NCBI GenBank assembly: GCA_032128375.1
Contig: JAQBGU010000107.1
Coordinates: forward strand, 85,210 to 149,209
Source: Deltaproteobacteria bacterium
GTDB lineage: Bacteria; Myxococcota_A; UBA9160; SMWR01
Length of the DNA: 64,000 bases
Direction: 5' to 3'
Part shown: positions 35,239 to 45,182 of the stretch, piece by piece
Numbering within the stretch: position 1 is the first letter of the stretch
How the letters are laid out: every line of letters starts with the position of its first letter
The notes under the pieces: generated by a model
What the model was told of the DNA's origin: nothing
Databases searched by the model: none
What the model saw: the letters and a program-made list of their open reading frames with translations, nothing else
Made by a program: the position numbers and the translations under genes

Positions 35239-37448
35239 GATCGCCGCGCGTGCAGAATTCCGGCCGCAGGATCCGGATCGCACGCGTGATGTTGTTGTTG
35301 CCGTTTCTGATACTCGGATTGCGCGCCGCAGATCTCAGCACCGACCAGCGCGGCCGGACGCGCGGAATCGGACAGACGCAACGCACGTTGACACTAGCGG
35401 CCCACCGCGGCGCGATCGTCGACGCCTCGGGCGTCGAGCTGGCTCTGTCGGTCGAGTCTCCGTCGATCTTTGCGATTCCGTCGAGTATCCGCGACATCGG
35501 CTCGGCCGCCTCGCAGATGGCACCGATCCTCGGATGGGAAACGAGCCAACTCGCGAAACGACTCGAGGACCACAAGTCGTTCCTGTTCCTGTCGCGCTGG
35601 GTCACGTCGGAACGCGCCAAGCAAATCAGCGATCTCGGCATTCAGGGGGTAGGGCTCCTCGACGAGTCTCGCCGCGTGTACCCGCACCGGGGGCTGGCGG
35701 CGAAATTGGTGGGCTTCGTGAACATCGACGCCGCTGGTGTTCGGGGGATCGAGCAACAGGAAGACGAGTGGTTGCAGGGGGTGGTCCAGCGGATTCCGGT
35801 CGAACGCGATGCGCATGGGGATCTGTTCTGGCTGGGCAACACGCAACCTTGGAACACTTCGGGCGGAGACGTAGCGCTGACGATCGACGTGACACTTCAG
35901 GCTGCGGCCGAGTCCGCGCTGAACGAAACCGTCGAGGCCAATGACGCGCTGGGTGGTGTGGTCATTGTGATGGACCCCTGGACCGGCGACATCCTGACAC
36001 TTGCCGACAGCCCGGGATTCGATCCCAACCAATTTCGGAAATTGCCGTTCGAGTCGACTCGATCGCAGGCATTTTTCGACGCGTTCGACCCCGGCTCGAC
36101 CCTGAAGGCCTTCTTGATTGCAGCCGGTCTCGAACTCGGCACGATCACGCCGAGCGATCAATTCGATGGAGACAACGGTTCGTTTCGTGTCCCAGGCAGT
36201 ACGATTCGCGATACCCACCCACACAGTATGATGACCGTGGCCGACATCATGCGTGTCTCCAGCAATATTGGTGCGGTGAAGATCGCGTACCGGATGGGGG
36301 CGAGTGCCCACCATGACATGCTGCGCGCTTTCGGATTTGGCGCTTCGACTGCTAGCCGGTTCCCCGGCGAGTCCGCCGGACAGATGCGCTCGTGGCAGTC
36401 GTGGAGGCCGCTTGACCATGCCACGGTCGCGTTCGGACAAGGCATCACCGTTACACCGATCCAGCTCGCATCGGCCACGTGCGCGCTCGCCAACGGAGGG
36501 ATGCTCGTCAAACCCAGGCTGGTCTCCGCGCGACGCGCGCCGGGCGGGATGTGGCACTCCGTGACCGACAAGGCGGTTCGCCGCGTCGTCAGCGAGCGGA
36601 CTTCTTCGCAAGTCCTCGAGATGATGGAGGGCGTCGTAGGGCCGACGGGCACCGCTAGCCGCGCTGGGCTCCGCGGAGTACGGGTCGCTGGAAAGACAGG
36701 AACGGCGCAGAAATGGGACCCGGCGACGAAATCGTTCTCTACCGATCGCTTCGTCGCCTGGTTCATCGGAGTCGTTCCGGCTGATGACCCCAAGCTCGTG
36801 ATCGTCGTCGGCGTGGACGAACCTCGTCGTCCCGCTCATACTGGTGGTGCGACGGCGGCACCTCTGTTCGCAAAGGTTGCTGCAGCACAGCTGACACGTT
36901 TCGGAATCGCCACCCAGCCCGAGCCCCGCCGCACGCTACCCGAACGCTCCGCTCCCACCATCACCATAGCCACCCGGCCGCCACCTGCTCTTGCCCCGGT
37001 ATCGGCGGCCGCGTCGCGAGTGCGCTCTGATCTGACCCCTGATCCGACAAAAAAGAAGCTTCCGGCACAGAATGTCGCAAGCGAAGCGGTACGCAGTCAA
37101 AACGCTAAACTCGCCGCAACCAGCGGCTCCAGATCGAAACCCAGAAATGTGACGGACCCGCCGATTGAAGCAACGCTCGCATCGAAGCCGAAGCGCGATT
37201 CAGAACCGAGCGTCGTGGAAAGGCTCGTGCGCCTCAACGACCGGGTGTTGCTGCCGGATTTCGTGGGATTGACCGTCGAAGAAGTCCGACAGATCTCCAC
37301 CGACACTGCGCTGTCGATCACGATCTCCGGCAAGGGTCGTGCGGTACAGCAGGATCCTCCGCCTGGGACGGTCGTTCGCGTCCATGCCGGATCCGTACGC
37401 GTCGTGTTCGAAACCTCCGGCGCTGCTCGCCCTGCAGGAGACGGTTGA
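35235..37448 (+). CDS. ftsI: Class B penicillin-binding protein with C-terminal PASTA domain
   Basis: RGAIVD, RVYP, GIEQQED; STLK, SSN and KTGT motifs; LPDFVGL PASTA. Confidence 0.92.
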   Translation: MRSPRVQNSGRRIRIARVMLLLPFLILGLRAADLSTDQRGRTRGIGQTQRTLTLAAHRGAIVDASGVELALSVESPSIFAIPSSIRDIGSAASQMAPILGWETSQLAKRLEDHKSFLFLSRWVTSERAKQISDLGIQGVGLLDESRRVYPHRGLAAKLVGFVNIDAAGVRGIEQQEDEWLQGVVQRIPVERDAHGDLFWLGNTQPWNTSGGDVALTIDVTLQAAAESALNETVEANDALGGVVIVMDPWTGDILTLADSPGFDPNQFRKLPFESTRSQAFFDAFDPGSTLKAFLIAAGLELGTITPSDQFDGDNGSFRVPGSTIRDTHPHSMMTVADIMRVSSNIGAVKIAYRMGASAHHDMLRAFGFGASTASRFPGESAGQMRSWQSWRPLDHATVAFGQGITVTPIQLASATCALANGGMLVKPRLVSARRAPGGMWHSVTDKAVRRVVSERTSSQVLEMMEGVVGPTGTASRAGLRGVRVAGKTGTAQKWDPATKSFSTDRFVAWFIGVVPADDPKLVIVVGVDEPRRPAHTGGATAAPLFAKVAAAQLTRFGIATQPEPRRTLPERSAPTITIATRPPPALAPVSAAASRVRSDLTPDPTKKKLPAQNVASEAVRSQNAKLAATSGSRSKPRNVTDPPIEATLASKPKRDSEPSVVERLVRLNDRVLLPDFVGLTVEEVRQISTDTALSITISGKGRAVQQDPPPGTVVRVHAGSVRVVFETSGAARPAGDG

Positions 37449-38989
37449 TGCGATTGTCGCAACTGCTCTCCTCGCTTCCGCCCGGGATGTTGCTCGAAGC
37501 CCCGACTCTCTCAATCGCGCAAGATCCCATCATTCGGGGAATCGCGTACGATTCTCGGCGCGTCGCGGCCGGCGACTTGTTCCTTGCACTGCGTGGTTCG
37601 GAAGTCGACGGCCACCAGTTTCTCCCGAATGCGATCAAACTCGGAGCTGCCGCCTTGATCGTCGAGTCGGCTCCGGACGGGCTCGACTCTTCGTGCCCGA
37701 TAATCGCCGTGCGCGATAGCCGCCAAGCGCTGGCGACGATCTCGACCCGCTTCTTCGGAAATCCATGCTCCGAACTTCGGTTGATCGGGATCACCGGTAC
37801 CAACGGCAAGACCAGCAGCTCGTACCTGGTGGAATCGATCTTGCGGCGTTCCGGCGCACGCACCGGCCTGATTGGAACCGTCGACGTGCGCTTCGCAGGC
37901 GAGCGGGAGCGCCCTGTGAATACAACACCGGAAAGCTACGAACTTCAGCGAACGCTGCGCGCAATGCGCACGCACAACGTCGATTCGGTCGTGATGGAGG
38001 TTTCCTCACACGGTCTCGAACTGGGCCGGGTAGAAGGCTGTCTGTTCGCGGTAGCCGCGATCACGAATGTCACTCAGGATCATCTCGATTTCCACGAAAC
38101 CATGCCCAGCTACCGTCGCGCGAAGCGCCGCCTGTTCGAACAGTATCTCGACCCGCAGGGTACGGCAGTCGTCAATATCGACGACCCGAACAGCTCCGAA
38201 TTTGAACAGGCCGCACTGCAGCGCGGCGCGCGACTGATTCGGGTTTCGCGCGACCGCAGCCGCAATGCGGAGATCTGCCTCGATTCAGCCGAGCTTCGGC
38301 TGGACGGCACATCTGCGCGGCTCCAGCTGCCCGGCGGCGAATTCGTGTTGAATATCCCACTGATGGGTGATTTCAATCTGGAAAATGCGCTGATTGCGTG
38401 CGGAATCGGCGTCGCGCTCGACATCGCTCCAGAGGCAATTATTGAAGGGATCGCTCAATGTCCGCAGGTTCCGGGTCGGGTCGAGCGTGTGACTGCTCAC
38501 GGCGCGAACGAGCCGACCGTAATCGTCGACTACGCCCATACACCTGACGCGATCGAAAAACTCCTCAGCACGCTGCGTCCGCTGGTCGACGGTCGACTGA
38601 TCTCGGTATTTGGTTGCGGGGGCGACCGCGATCGCGGAAAGCGACCGATGATGGCGGAGGCAGTCGCGCGTTACAGCGATCGGGTGGTCGCAACCAGCGA
38701 TAACCCGCGAACCGAAGACCCAACCCAAATTCTCCTCGATGTGGAAACCGGCCTCACGCGGCTGCGCCGCGTCGAGGCCGACGCACTCGAAACAAGCGAC
38801 GGCTGCTACGCGGTGATTCCGAACCGGCGGTCGGCGATCGAAGCTGCAATCGCGATCGCTGGGCCCTCGGACATCGTTGTGCTCGCGGGCAAGGGCCACG
38901 AGGACTACCAGATCATCGGGCGCGACCGTTTGCCGTTCGACGATCGAGACGAAGCTCGGCGAGCACTCAACGCGCGGAGCCCAAAATGA
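37448..38989 (+). CDS. murE: UDP-MurNAc-tripeptide synthetase (meso-DAP type)
   Basis: GTNGKT, TTPES, MEVSSH, DYAHTPD, GCGGDRD, DNPR, AGKGHE. Confidence 0.95.
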   Translation: MRLSQLLSSLPPGMLLEAPTLSIAQDPIIRGIAYDSRRVAAGDLFLALRGSEVDGHQFLPNAIKLGAAALIVESAPDGLDSSCPIIAVRDSRQALATISTRFFGNPCSELRLIGITGTNGKTSSSYLVESILRRSGARTGLIGTVDVRFAGERERPVNTTPESYELQRTLRAMRTHNVDSVVMEVSSHGLELGRVEGCLFAVAAITNVTQDHLDFHETMPSYRRAKRRLFEQYLDPQGTAVVNIDDPNSSEFEQAALQRGARLIRVSRDRSRNAEICLDSAELRLDGTSARLQLPGGEFVLNIPLMGDFNLENALIACGIGVALDIAPEAIIEGIAQCPQVPGRVERVTAHGANEPTVIVDYAHTPDAIEKLLSTLRPLVDGRLISVFGCGGDRDRGKRPMMAEAVARYSDRVVATSDNPRTEDPTQILLDVETGLTRLRRVEADALETSDGCYAVIPNRRSAIEAAIAIAGPSDIVVLAGKGHEDYQIIGRDRLPFDDRDEARRALNARSPK

Positions 38990-40428
38990 AGGTCCCGTTC
39001 GAAATCGCGGATCTGGTCCGGTGGACGGATGGGGTGCTCTGGCGGGGCGCTCCGCACGCGATCTTGCGTGGCGCTTCGATCGACTCGCGAAACATGGAGG
39101 CCGGTGGGCTGTTCATTGCGATCGTTGGACCGAATCACGATGGGCACCGATTTTGTGGAACAGCAGCACAAACGGCCGCGTGCCTGCTCGTGGAGCGAGG
39201 ACGCGAGGAGTCGCTCGATTCACCAGAAGGCGTTGCGATCGTGTCCGTCCATGACACCACCCGCGCTCTAGGTGCACTCGGCGCCGGACACCGCGCCACT
39301 TTCTCTGGCCCGGTCGTTGGAATTACCGGAAGCAATGGGAAGACCACCACTAAGGAGATGTGTGCTTCGATCCTGTCTGTTGGCGCGCCGTGCCACCGAA
39401 CACCCGGAAACTTGAACAACCAATTTGGTGTGCCGTTGACTCTCCTCGGTCGTGACGAACACGATCGCAGCATGGTTGTCGAACTCGGCATGAACCACCG
39501 CGGAGAGATCGCCGAACTCGCAAGGCTCGCACGCCCGAACGTGGCATTGATCACCAACGTGGGCAGTGCGCACATCGAATATCTCGGCAGTCGCGAAGAG
39601 ATCGCGAAGGAAAAGGGCGATATCGTGGCATCGCTTCCATCACAAGCCACAGCCGTTCTCAACGCCGATGACACAGCCGTGATGAGCCAGGCAGAGCGGA
39701 CCGCCGCAAAGATACTGACCTTCGGTACCGGGAGCGATGCAGATGTGCGCGCGGTGCGAGTATCGGAACTGGCGGGCGAGGGCTACACGTTCGAACTCGT
39801 GACGCCGTCGGGAACGACTGACGCCGTTGTGAAGGGCCTCGGTCACACCGCGCTGATCAACGCGCTGGCTGCCTCAGCAGCCGCTCTTGCCGCCGGGGCG
39901 AGCCTGCCCGCGATCGCCGTAGGGCTGGCGAATCACGTGCCGATCGATGGCCGACTCCAGCAGCGCAAGCTGCCGGGAGACATCTTGCTGGTCGACGACA
40001 CCTACAATGCCAACCCGCAGAGCACCGAAGCAGCATTGCGGATGCTTGCGGGGAGGAAGGGTGCACGGCGTGCAGTCGCTGTACTCGGTGACATGGGTGA
40101 ACTCGGGGACGCCTCAGAGGTCGCTCACCGCGAAGCGGGAACGCTGGCGGCCGAGCTCGGAATCGATTTCCTGATCGCGCTGGGTGAGCGAGCGGAGTCC
40201 GTCGCCGCCGGCGCACTCGATTCGGGCATGCAACCCGGGCGCGTGGTCGTGGCCCACAACCACGACGATGCCAGCGCACTCGCAAACGCGTTCTTAGAAG
40301 AACGGGACGTCGTGTTGGTGAAGGGTTCACGATCCATGCGAATGGAGCGAGTCGTCGAAGCCATTGTAGCGAAAGCCGGAAACGGGGATGCCGCGAAAGC
40401 AACAGCGGTCGGAGGCGAACGAGCCTGA
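38986..40428 (+). CDS. murF: UDP-MurNAc-pentapeptide synthetase
   Basis: GSNGKTTTKE, NLNNQFGVP, ELGMNH, DDTYNANP, LGDMGELG, KGSR. Confidence 0.95.
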   Translation: MKVPFEIADLVRWTDGVLWRGAPHAILRGASIDSRNMEAGGLFIAIVGPNHDGHRFCGTAAQTAACLLVERGREESLDSPEGVAIVSVHDTTRALGALGAGHRATFSGPVVGITGSNGKTTTKEMCASILSVGAPCHRTPGNLNNQFGVPLTLLGRDEHDRSMVVELGMNHRGEIAELARLARPNVALITNVGSAHIEYLGSREEIAKEKGDIVASLPSQATAVLNADDTAVMSQAERTAAKILTFGTGSDADVRAVRVSELAGEGYTFELVTPSGTTDAVVKGLGHTALINALAASAAALAAGASLPAIAVGLANHVPIDGRLQQRKLPGDILLVDDTYNANPQSTEAALRMLAGRKGARRAVAVLGDMGELGDASEVAHREAGTLAAELGIDFLIALGERAESVAAGALDSGMQPGRVVVAHNHDDASALANAFLEERDVVLVKGSRSMRMERVVEAIVAKAGNGDAAKATAVGGERA

Positions 40429-41501
40429 TGTTCTACCATTTCCTGTATCCGCTGGCGTCCGAGTTCAGTGGCTTCAATGTGTTCCGTTACATCACGTTCC
40501 GCACTGGTGCGGCCACGCTCACCGCGTTGTTCATCGCCTTCATGGTGGGACCCGCGCTCATCCGCGCTCTCGAGCGACTGCGCGTCGGCCAGCCCATCCG
40601 AGATATCGGTCCGGACCACAAAGCCAAAGAAGGCACGCCGACGATGGGCGGCTTGCTGATCCTGCTCTCTCTGCTGGTGTCGGTCTTCCTGTGGTCGAAC
40701 CTCGACAACCGCTTCGTGTGGATCGTCATCGGAATCACAGTCGGTTACGGAATCCTCGGATTCATCGATGACTACAAGAAGGTCAGGCAGGGCAGCAGCG
40801 CAGGCATCTCCGCGCGCATGAAACTGTTCTGGCAAACCGTATTGGCGCTTGGGGTCGCGATCGCGATCTACAGCGACCCGGGTTTCGACGCCGAGTTGGC
40901 CGTCCCGTTCTTCAAGAACTTCACACCGAACCTCGGGATCATGTATGTACCGTTCGCCGCGTTCGTGATCGTTGCGATGAGCAACGGAGTCAACATGACC
41001 GACGGACTCGACGGGCTTGCGATCGGACCCGTCATGATCGCTGCCGGAACATTCCTGTTGCTCTCCTATGCGGCCGGCCACACCGGAATCGCCCAATATC
41101 TGACTATCAAGTACGTCGCCGGGTCCGGGCATCTGGCGATCTTCTGCGGCGCGCTCATTGGCGGTGGATTGGGCTTCTTGTGGTTCAACGCATCACCCGC
41201 ACAGTTGTTCATGGGTGACGTTGGATCTCTCGCGTTGGGTGGTGCGCTCGGAACCATCGCGGTGTTGATCCGACAGGAATTCCTGCTCCCGATCGTCGGG
41301 GGCATTTTCGTCGCTGAACTCCTGAGCGTGATCATCCAGGTTGTGTACTTCCGGTACACCGGCAAGCGTGTCTTCTTGATGGCACCCATCCACCACCATT
41401 ATGAAAAGCTCGGCTGGGCAGAGCAGAAGATCGTGGTCCGGTTCTGGATCGTTTCGGCGATTCTGGGGCTGCTGGCACTGTCTACTTTGAAATTGCGTTA
41501 G
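40428..41501 (+). CDS. mraY: Phospho-MurNAc-pentapeptide transferase
   Basis: GTPTMGG, GFIDDY, NMTDGLDGL, FMGDVG, MAPIHHH. Confidence 0.96.
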   Translation: MFYHFLYPLASEFSGFNVFRYITFRTGAATLTALFIAFMVGPALIRALERLRVGQPIRDIGPDHKAKEGTPTMGGLLILLSLLVSVFLWSNLDNRFVWIVIGITVGYGILGFIDDYKKVRQGSSAGISARMKLFWQTVLALGVAIAIYSDPGFDAELAVPFFKNFTPNLGIMYVPFAAFVIVAMSNGVNMTDGLDGLAIGPVMIAAGTFLLLSYAAGHTGIAQYLTIKYVAGSGHLAIFCGALIGGGLGFLWFNASPAQLFMGDVGSLALGGALGTIAVLIRQEFLLPIVGGIFVAELLSVIIQVVYFRYTGKRVFLMAPIHHHYEKLGWAEQKIVVRFWIVSAILGLLALSTLKLR

Positions 41502-41543
41502 GCGTACTTCGAAAACGGAGAGAGTCTCGAAGAGATCGCGGAA

Positions 41544-42884
41544 ATGGAAGAAATCGGAAACTGGAAAATCGGGGTACTCGGACTCGGCGTTTCGGGCCGT
41601 TCGGCCGCAAACTTCTTGGCTGCGAGAGGCGCACGCGTGTGCGCGTTCGATGAGCGGGGCGCCGACGCGATCGACGACTTGGCGTCGGTCGATTCACGCG
41701 TCGATCGCGCGCTGGGCGTTCCGTTCCCGAACCTGGACGACTTCGACCTGCTGGTGCCGAGCCCCGGAATTCCGCCGCATCGCTATCGCAGTCACACCGG
41801 CCGGGTCTGGGGCGACATCGAGCTCGCGTATCAGGCCATTGCCGCCCCGATCATCGCTGTCACAGGAACCAATGGGAAATCGACGACGGTGCTGCTGATC
41901 GAAGCCATGCTGCGAGCTGCGGGTGCGCGCGCGAGAGCGGTCGGAAACCTCGGCTCACCCGCGCTGGAACTCGTCGGAGAGCCGCTCGACTTCGCGATCC
42001 TCGAGGTTTCGTCGTTTCAACTCGAAACCACCGAGTCGTTTCGTCCAGATGTCGGCGTGCTGTTGAACATCTCACCCGATCACCTCGACCGCCACGGCAG
42101 CTTCGAAGCCTATGCGAAGGCCAAAGATCGGTTGTTCGTCAACCAGCGAGAGTCCGACAGCGCGATCTTCAACCTCGACGACCCGATTGTTGCGGCTCGC
42201 ACCAACACGACGCGCGGGCGCGTCTTCGGGTTTCGAGGTTCGGGCGCCGTGGCTCGCGGTGCGTTCTTCGATACCGGTGCTGTTGTCCTTTGCGATCCAC
42301 CCGCGGCACCGCTTCGAATTGCACTCGACGGGATGCGCCTAGATGGTCAACACAACCGGGAGAACGTGATCGCGGCGTTTGCGGCTGTCGCCGCAGCTGG
42401 TGTCGATCCGGTTGCGGCCTCGTCTGCACTCCCGACCTTCTCGGGCCTGGCGCACCGTTGTGAATTCGTCGCCGAGGTAGATGGGGTTCGGTACGTCAAC
42501 GACTCCAAGGCCACCAACCCCGGTGCGGCCATGCGCTCGGTGACGGGCTTCACCGAGAAGGTCGTGTGGATCGCCGGTGGGCGAGACAAGGGCCTCGGCT
42601 TCTCCGAGTTGGTCGACGCAGCGGTGGGACGCGTGCGTGCCGCCCTCGTGATCGGAGAAGCAACCGAGAAGCTCCAAGTGGCGCTGGCCAATCGTGTAGA
42701 AGTCATCGCCGCCGAATCAATCGAAGACGCCGTCGCGCGCGCAGCGAAAATCGCCCGACCGGGCGATGTGGTGCTGTTGTCTCCGGCATGTGCGAGTCAC
42801 GACCAGTTCCGCAACTTCGAAGAACGGGGGGAGCGATTCAAAGCCGCAGTTGTTTCTCTGTCGGTGAGGGGAGCGGCGCGATGA
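41544..42884 (+). CDS. murD: UDP-MurNAc-L-Ala-D-Glu ligase
   Basis: GTNGKST, EVSSFQL, DHLDRH, NDSKATN, LSPACAS. Confidence 0.95.
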   Translation: MEEIGNWKIGVLGLGVSGRSAANFLAARGARVCAFDERGADAIDDLASVDSRVDRALGVPFPNLDDFDLLVPSPGIPPHRYRSHTGRVWGDIELAYQAIAAPIIAVTGTNGKSTTVLLIEAMLRAAGARARAVGNLGSPALELVGEPLDFAILEVSSFQLETTESFRPDVGVLLNISPDHLDRHGSFEAYAKAKDRLFVNQRESDSAIFNLDDPIVAARTNTTRGRVFGFRGSGAVARGAFFDTGAVVLCDPPAAPLRIALDGMRLDGQHNRENVIAAFAAVAAAGVDPVAASSALPTFSGLAHRCEFVAEVDGVRYVNDSKATNPGAAMRSVTGFTEKVVWIAGGRDKGLGFSELVDAAVGRVRAALVIGEATEKLQVALANRVEVIAAESIEDAVARAAKIARPGDVVLLSPACASHDQFRNFEERGERFKAAVVSLSVRGAAR

Positions 42885-44071
42885 CCAGTCGCCCGCCGCG
42901 TCGTTACTCGCCGCAGTCGAACAGACTCCACTCTGAACTTCCCTCGTTTCGGCTCGCCGCCGCCGATGGCAGCGTGCTCACCGCGGTGTCACTGCTGGCG
43001 GCCATCGGGCTGGTCGCGGTCTACAGCATCACTGCACCGAGGGCCGCGGGCGTGTTGCCGCCAGAATTCACTCGCCACCTGGTCGGGATCTGCGTCGGTC
43101 TACTCCTGGTGGTCGCCGTCACAAGGGTTCCGCTGGCGCTCTGGAAGAAGCTCGCGCTCCCTCTGTGGTGCGCGAGCCTGTTGGCACTGGTCGCTACGCT
43201 GATGATCGGTATCGAAGTCAATGGTGCGCGTCGCTGGGTCGGCTGGCAGGCGATTCGATTTCAGCCCGCGGAAGTCGCGAAATTCGCAACGGTCCTCGCC
43301 GCCGCAGCGTTCTTCTCGGAAGGCCGCAGCCGGCGTCCGCAGTTGCGACCCCTGGTGGCCACTGCGGCAATGTGTCTTCCGCCGGTCGCGCTGCTGCTCG
43401 GCCAGCCGGACTTCGGAAGTTCATTCGTGATCTGCGCAGTAGTCGGGATCCAGCTCTTCATTGCCGGCGCTCCGATTCGCCAACTCGGAATCGGCCTGCT
43501 CGTTGGCGCGTTCGGTACTGGCGGCTATATCGCGATGAACCCATACGCGTACGCGCGATTGACCGGTTTCCTCGATCCCTGGGCGACAGCAAACCGAGAG
43601 GGCTTTCAACTCGTCCAGTCCTTCGTCGCATTCGGTCGGGGTGGAAATTTCGGCGTGCCTTTGGGCGATGGCCGTCAGAAGCTCTACTACCTGCCCGAAG
43701 CCCACACCGACTTTATCCTGTCGGGTATCGCCGAAGAAGCGGGGTTACTCGGAGTCCTGATAGTCCTTGGCGCTTTCGCCGCCTTCATCGCAGCCGGGAC
43801 ACGCATCGCCATGCGCACCCGAGACTCCTTCGCGACACAGATGGCATTTGGCATGACAGCACTCGTCGGTCTTCCGGCGACAATCAATGCGGCGGTCGTC
43901 ATGGGGCTTCTGCCCACGACTGGCTTCACGTTGCCATTCGTCTCATTCGGAGCCAATTCGATGCTGATGTGCGCGGTGACCGTAGGAATTTTGCTGCGCA
44001 TCAGCGCGTGTGAAGCGGCGCCCCAAGTCGTGCGAATCTCTGGCGCGGCGCGGCGCCCGAGTGTCTCATGA
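42881..44071 (+). CDS. ftsW: SEDS peptidoglycan polymerase FtsW
   Basis: NGARRW, FQPAEVAK, QPDFG, FLDPW, LPEAHTDFI, LPFVSFG. Confidence 0.93.
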   Translation: MTSRPPRRYSPQSNRLHSELPSFRLAAADGSVLTAVSLLAAIGLVAVYSITAPRAAGVLPPEFTRHLVGICVGLLLVVAVTRVPLALWKKLALPLWCASLLALVATLMIGIEVNGARRWVGWQAIRFQPAEVAKFATVLAAAAFFSEGRSRRPQLRPLVATAAMCLPPVALLLGQPDFGSSFVICAVVGIQLFIAGAPIRQLGIGLLVGAFGTGGYIAMNPYAYARLTGFLDPWATANREGFQLVQSFVAFGRGGNFGVPLGDGRQKLYYLPEAHTDFILSGIAEEAGLLGVLIVLGAFAAFIAAGTRIAMRTRDSFATQMAFGMTALVGLPATINAAVVMGLLPTTGFTLPFVSFGANSMLMCAVTVGILLRISACEAAPQVVRISGAARRPSVS

Positions 44072-45180
44072 GCTCGGCGAATGCGGTCATTCACTGGGTC
44101 GTCGCCGGAGGTGGATCTGGGGGACATGTCACACCGGCAATCGCGTTGGCCGAGAAGGCCCGATCGCGTGGCGACGAGGTCCTGCTGCTCGGCGCACAGC
44201 GCGGCTTGGAAACGCGACTGGTTCCGGAGGCGGGATTCAAGCTGCTGGCTCTCGCCGCAAACCCCGTCTATGGCACGAGCCTGCTTTCTCGTGTGCGCTC
44301 CATTCCGGGCATGGCCAAGGCGTGCTGGTTGGCGTGGCGCGCTCTCGGGTCGTTTCGCACCGACTTCGTGATCTCGGTGGGCGGCTACGCGTCTGTGCCA
44401 GCGGTCATCGCCGCCGCATTGCGTCGGATTCCGATCGCGCTCGTCGAGCCGAATGCCATACCGGGTCGAGCCAACCTCGCTGCTGCCCGGCACGCTTCGC
44501 AGATCTTTGTGAATTTCGAACGGGCCAAAGCGACTTTCGAGCGCGCCGGGAGCCACTGTGTGCAAACCGTCGGCATCCCCTTGCGAGAACGCATCGTCGC
44601 AGCGTTCGACACAGACAACACCCGCCGCGCGCCGGAACCGCCGTTTCGTTTGTTCGTCACCGGTGGTAGCCAGGGCGCGCGCCAGCTCAACGACGCAATG
44701 ATCGAAGCAGCCCCACTGCTACGGGCCGCGGCGCTCGAAATCGAAGTCGTGCACCAGACCGGCCAGGCGGATCGCGAACGAACCGAGGCGGCCTACCGAG
44801 AGGCTGGAGTCAAGGCGCTGGTGATCGATTTCGAAGCCGACATGCTCGCTCGCTACCGTTGGGCGGACCTCGTGTTATGCCGCGCGGGCGCCATCACGAT
44901 CGCAGAGTTGGCGCTCGCCGGGCTGCCCGCTTTGTTGGTCCCCTACCCGTTCGCCGCCGACAACCACCAGGCCGCGAACGCCAGCGCGTTCGCCGAATCC
45001 GGCGCAGGCTTGATTCTCGACGAGCAGCCGCTGCCGGGCAGGCGAGTCGTCGCAGCACTGGTTCAGCTATTCGAGACGCCACAGAAGCTGATCGAGATGA
45101 GTCGAAACGCATCCAAACAAGCGCGGCGAAACGCCGCCACGCAAATCCTCGCGGATTGCGCCAGTCGATTGGGGAAATAG
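44068..45180 (+). CDS. murG: Lipid II GlcNAc transferase
   Basis: GGGSGGH, GGYAS, EPNAIPG, GGSQGA, RAGA, NHQAANA. Confidence 0.95.
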   Translation: MSSANAVIHWVVAGGGSGGHVTPAIALAEKARSRGDEVLLLGAQRGLETRLVPEAGFKLLALAANPVYGTSLLSRVRSIPGMAKACWLAWRALGSFRTDFVISVGGYASVPAVIAAALRRIPIALVEPNAIPGRANLAAARHASQIFVNFERAKATFERAGSHCVQTVGIPLRERIVAAFDTDNTRRAPEPPFRLFVTGGSQGARQLNDAMIEAAPLLRAAALEIEVVHQTGQADRERTEAAYREAGVKALVIDFEADMLARYRWADLVLCRAGAITIAELALAGLPALLVPYPFAADNHQAANASAFAESGAGLILDEQPLPGRRVVAALVQLFETPQKLIEMSRNASKQARRNAATQILADCASRLGK

Positions 45181-45182
45181 AC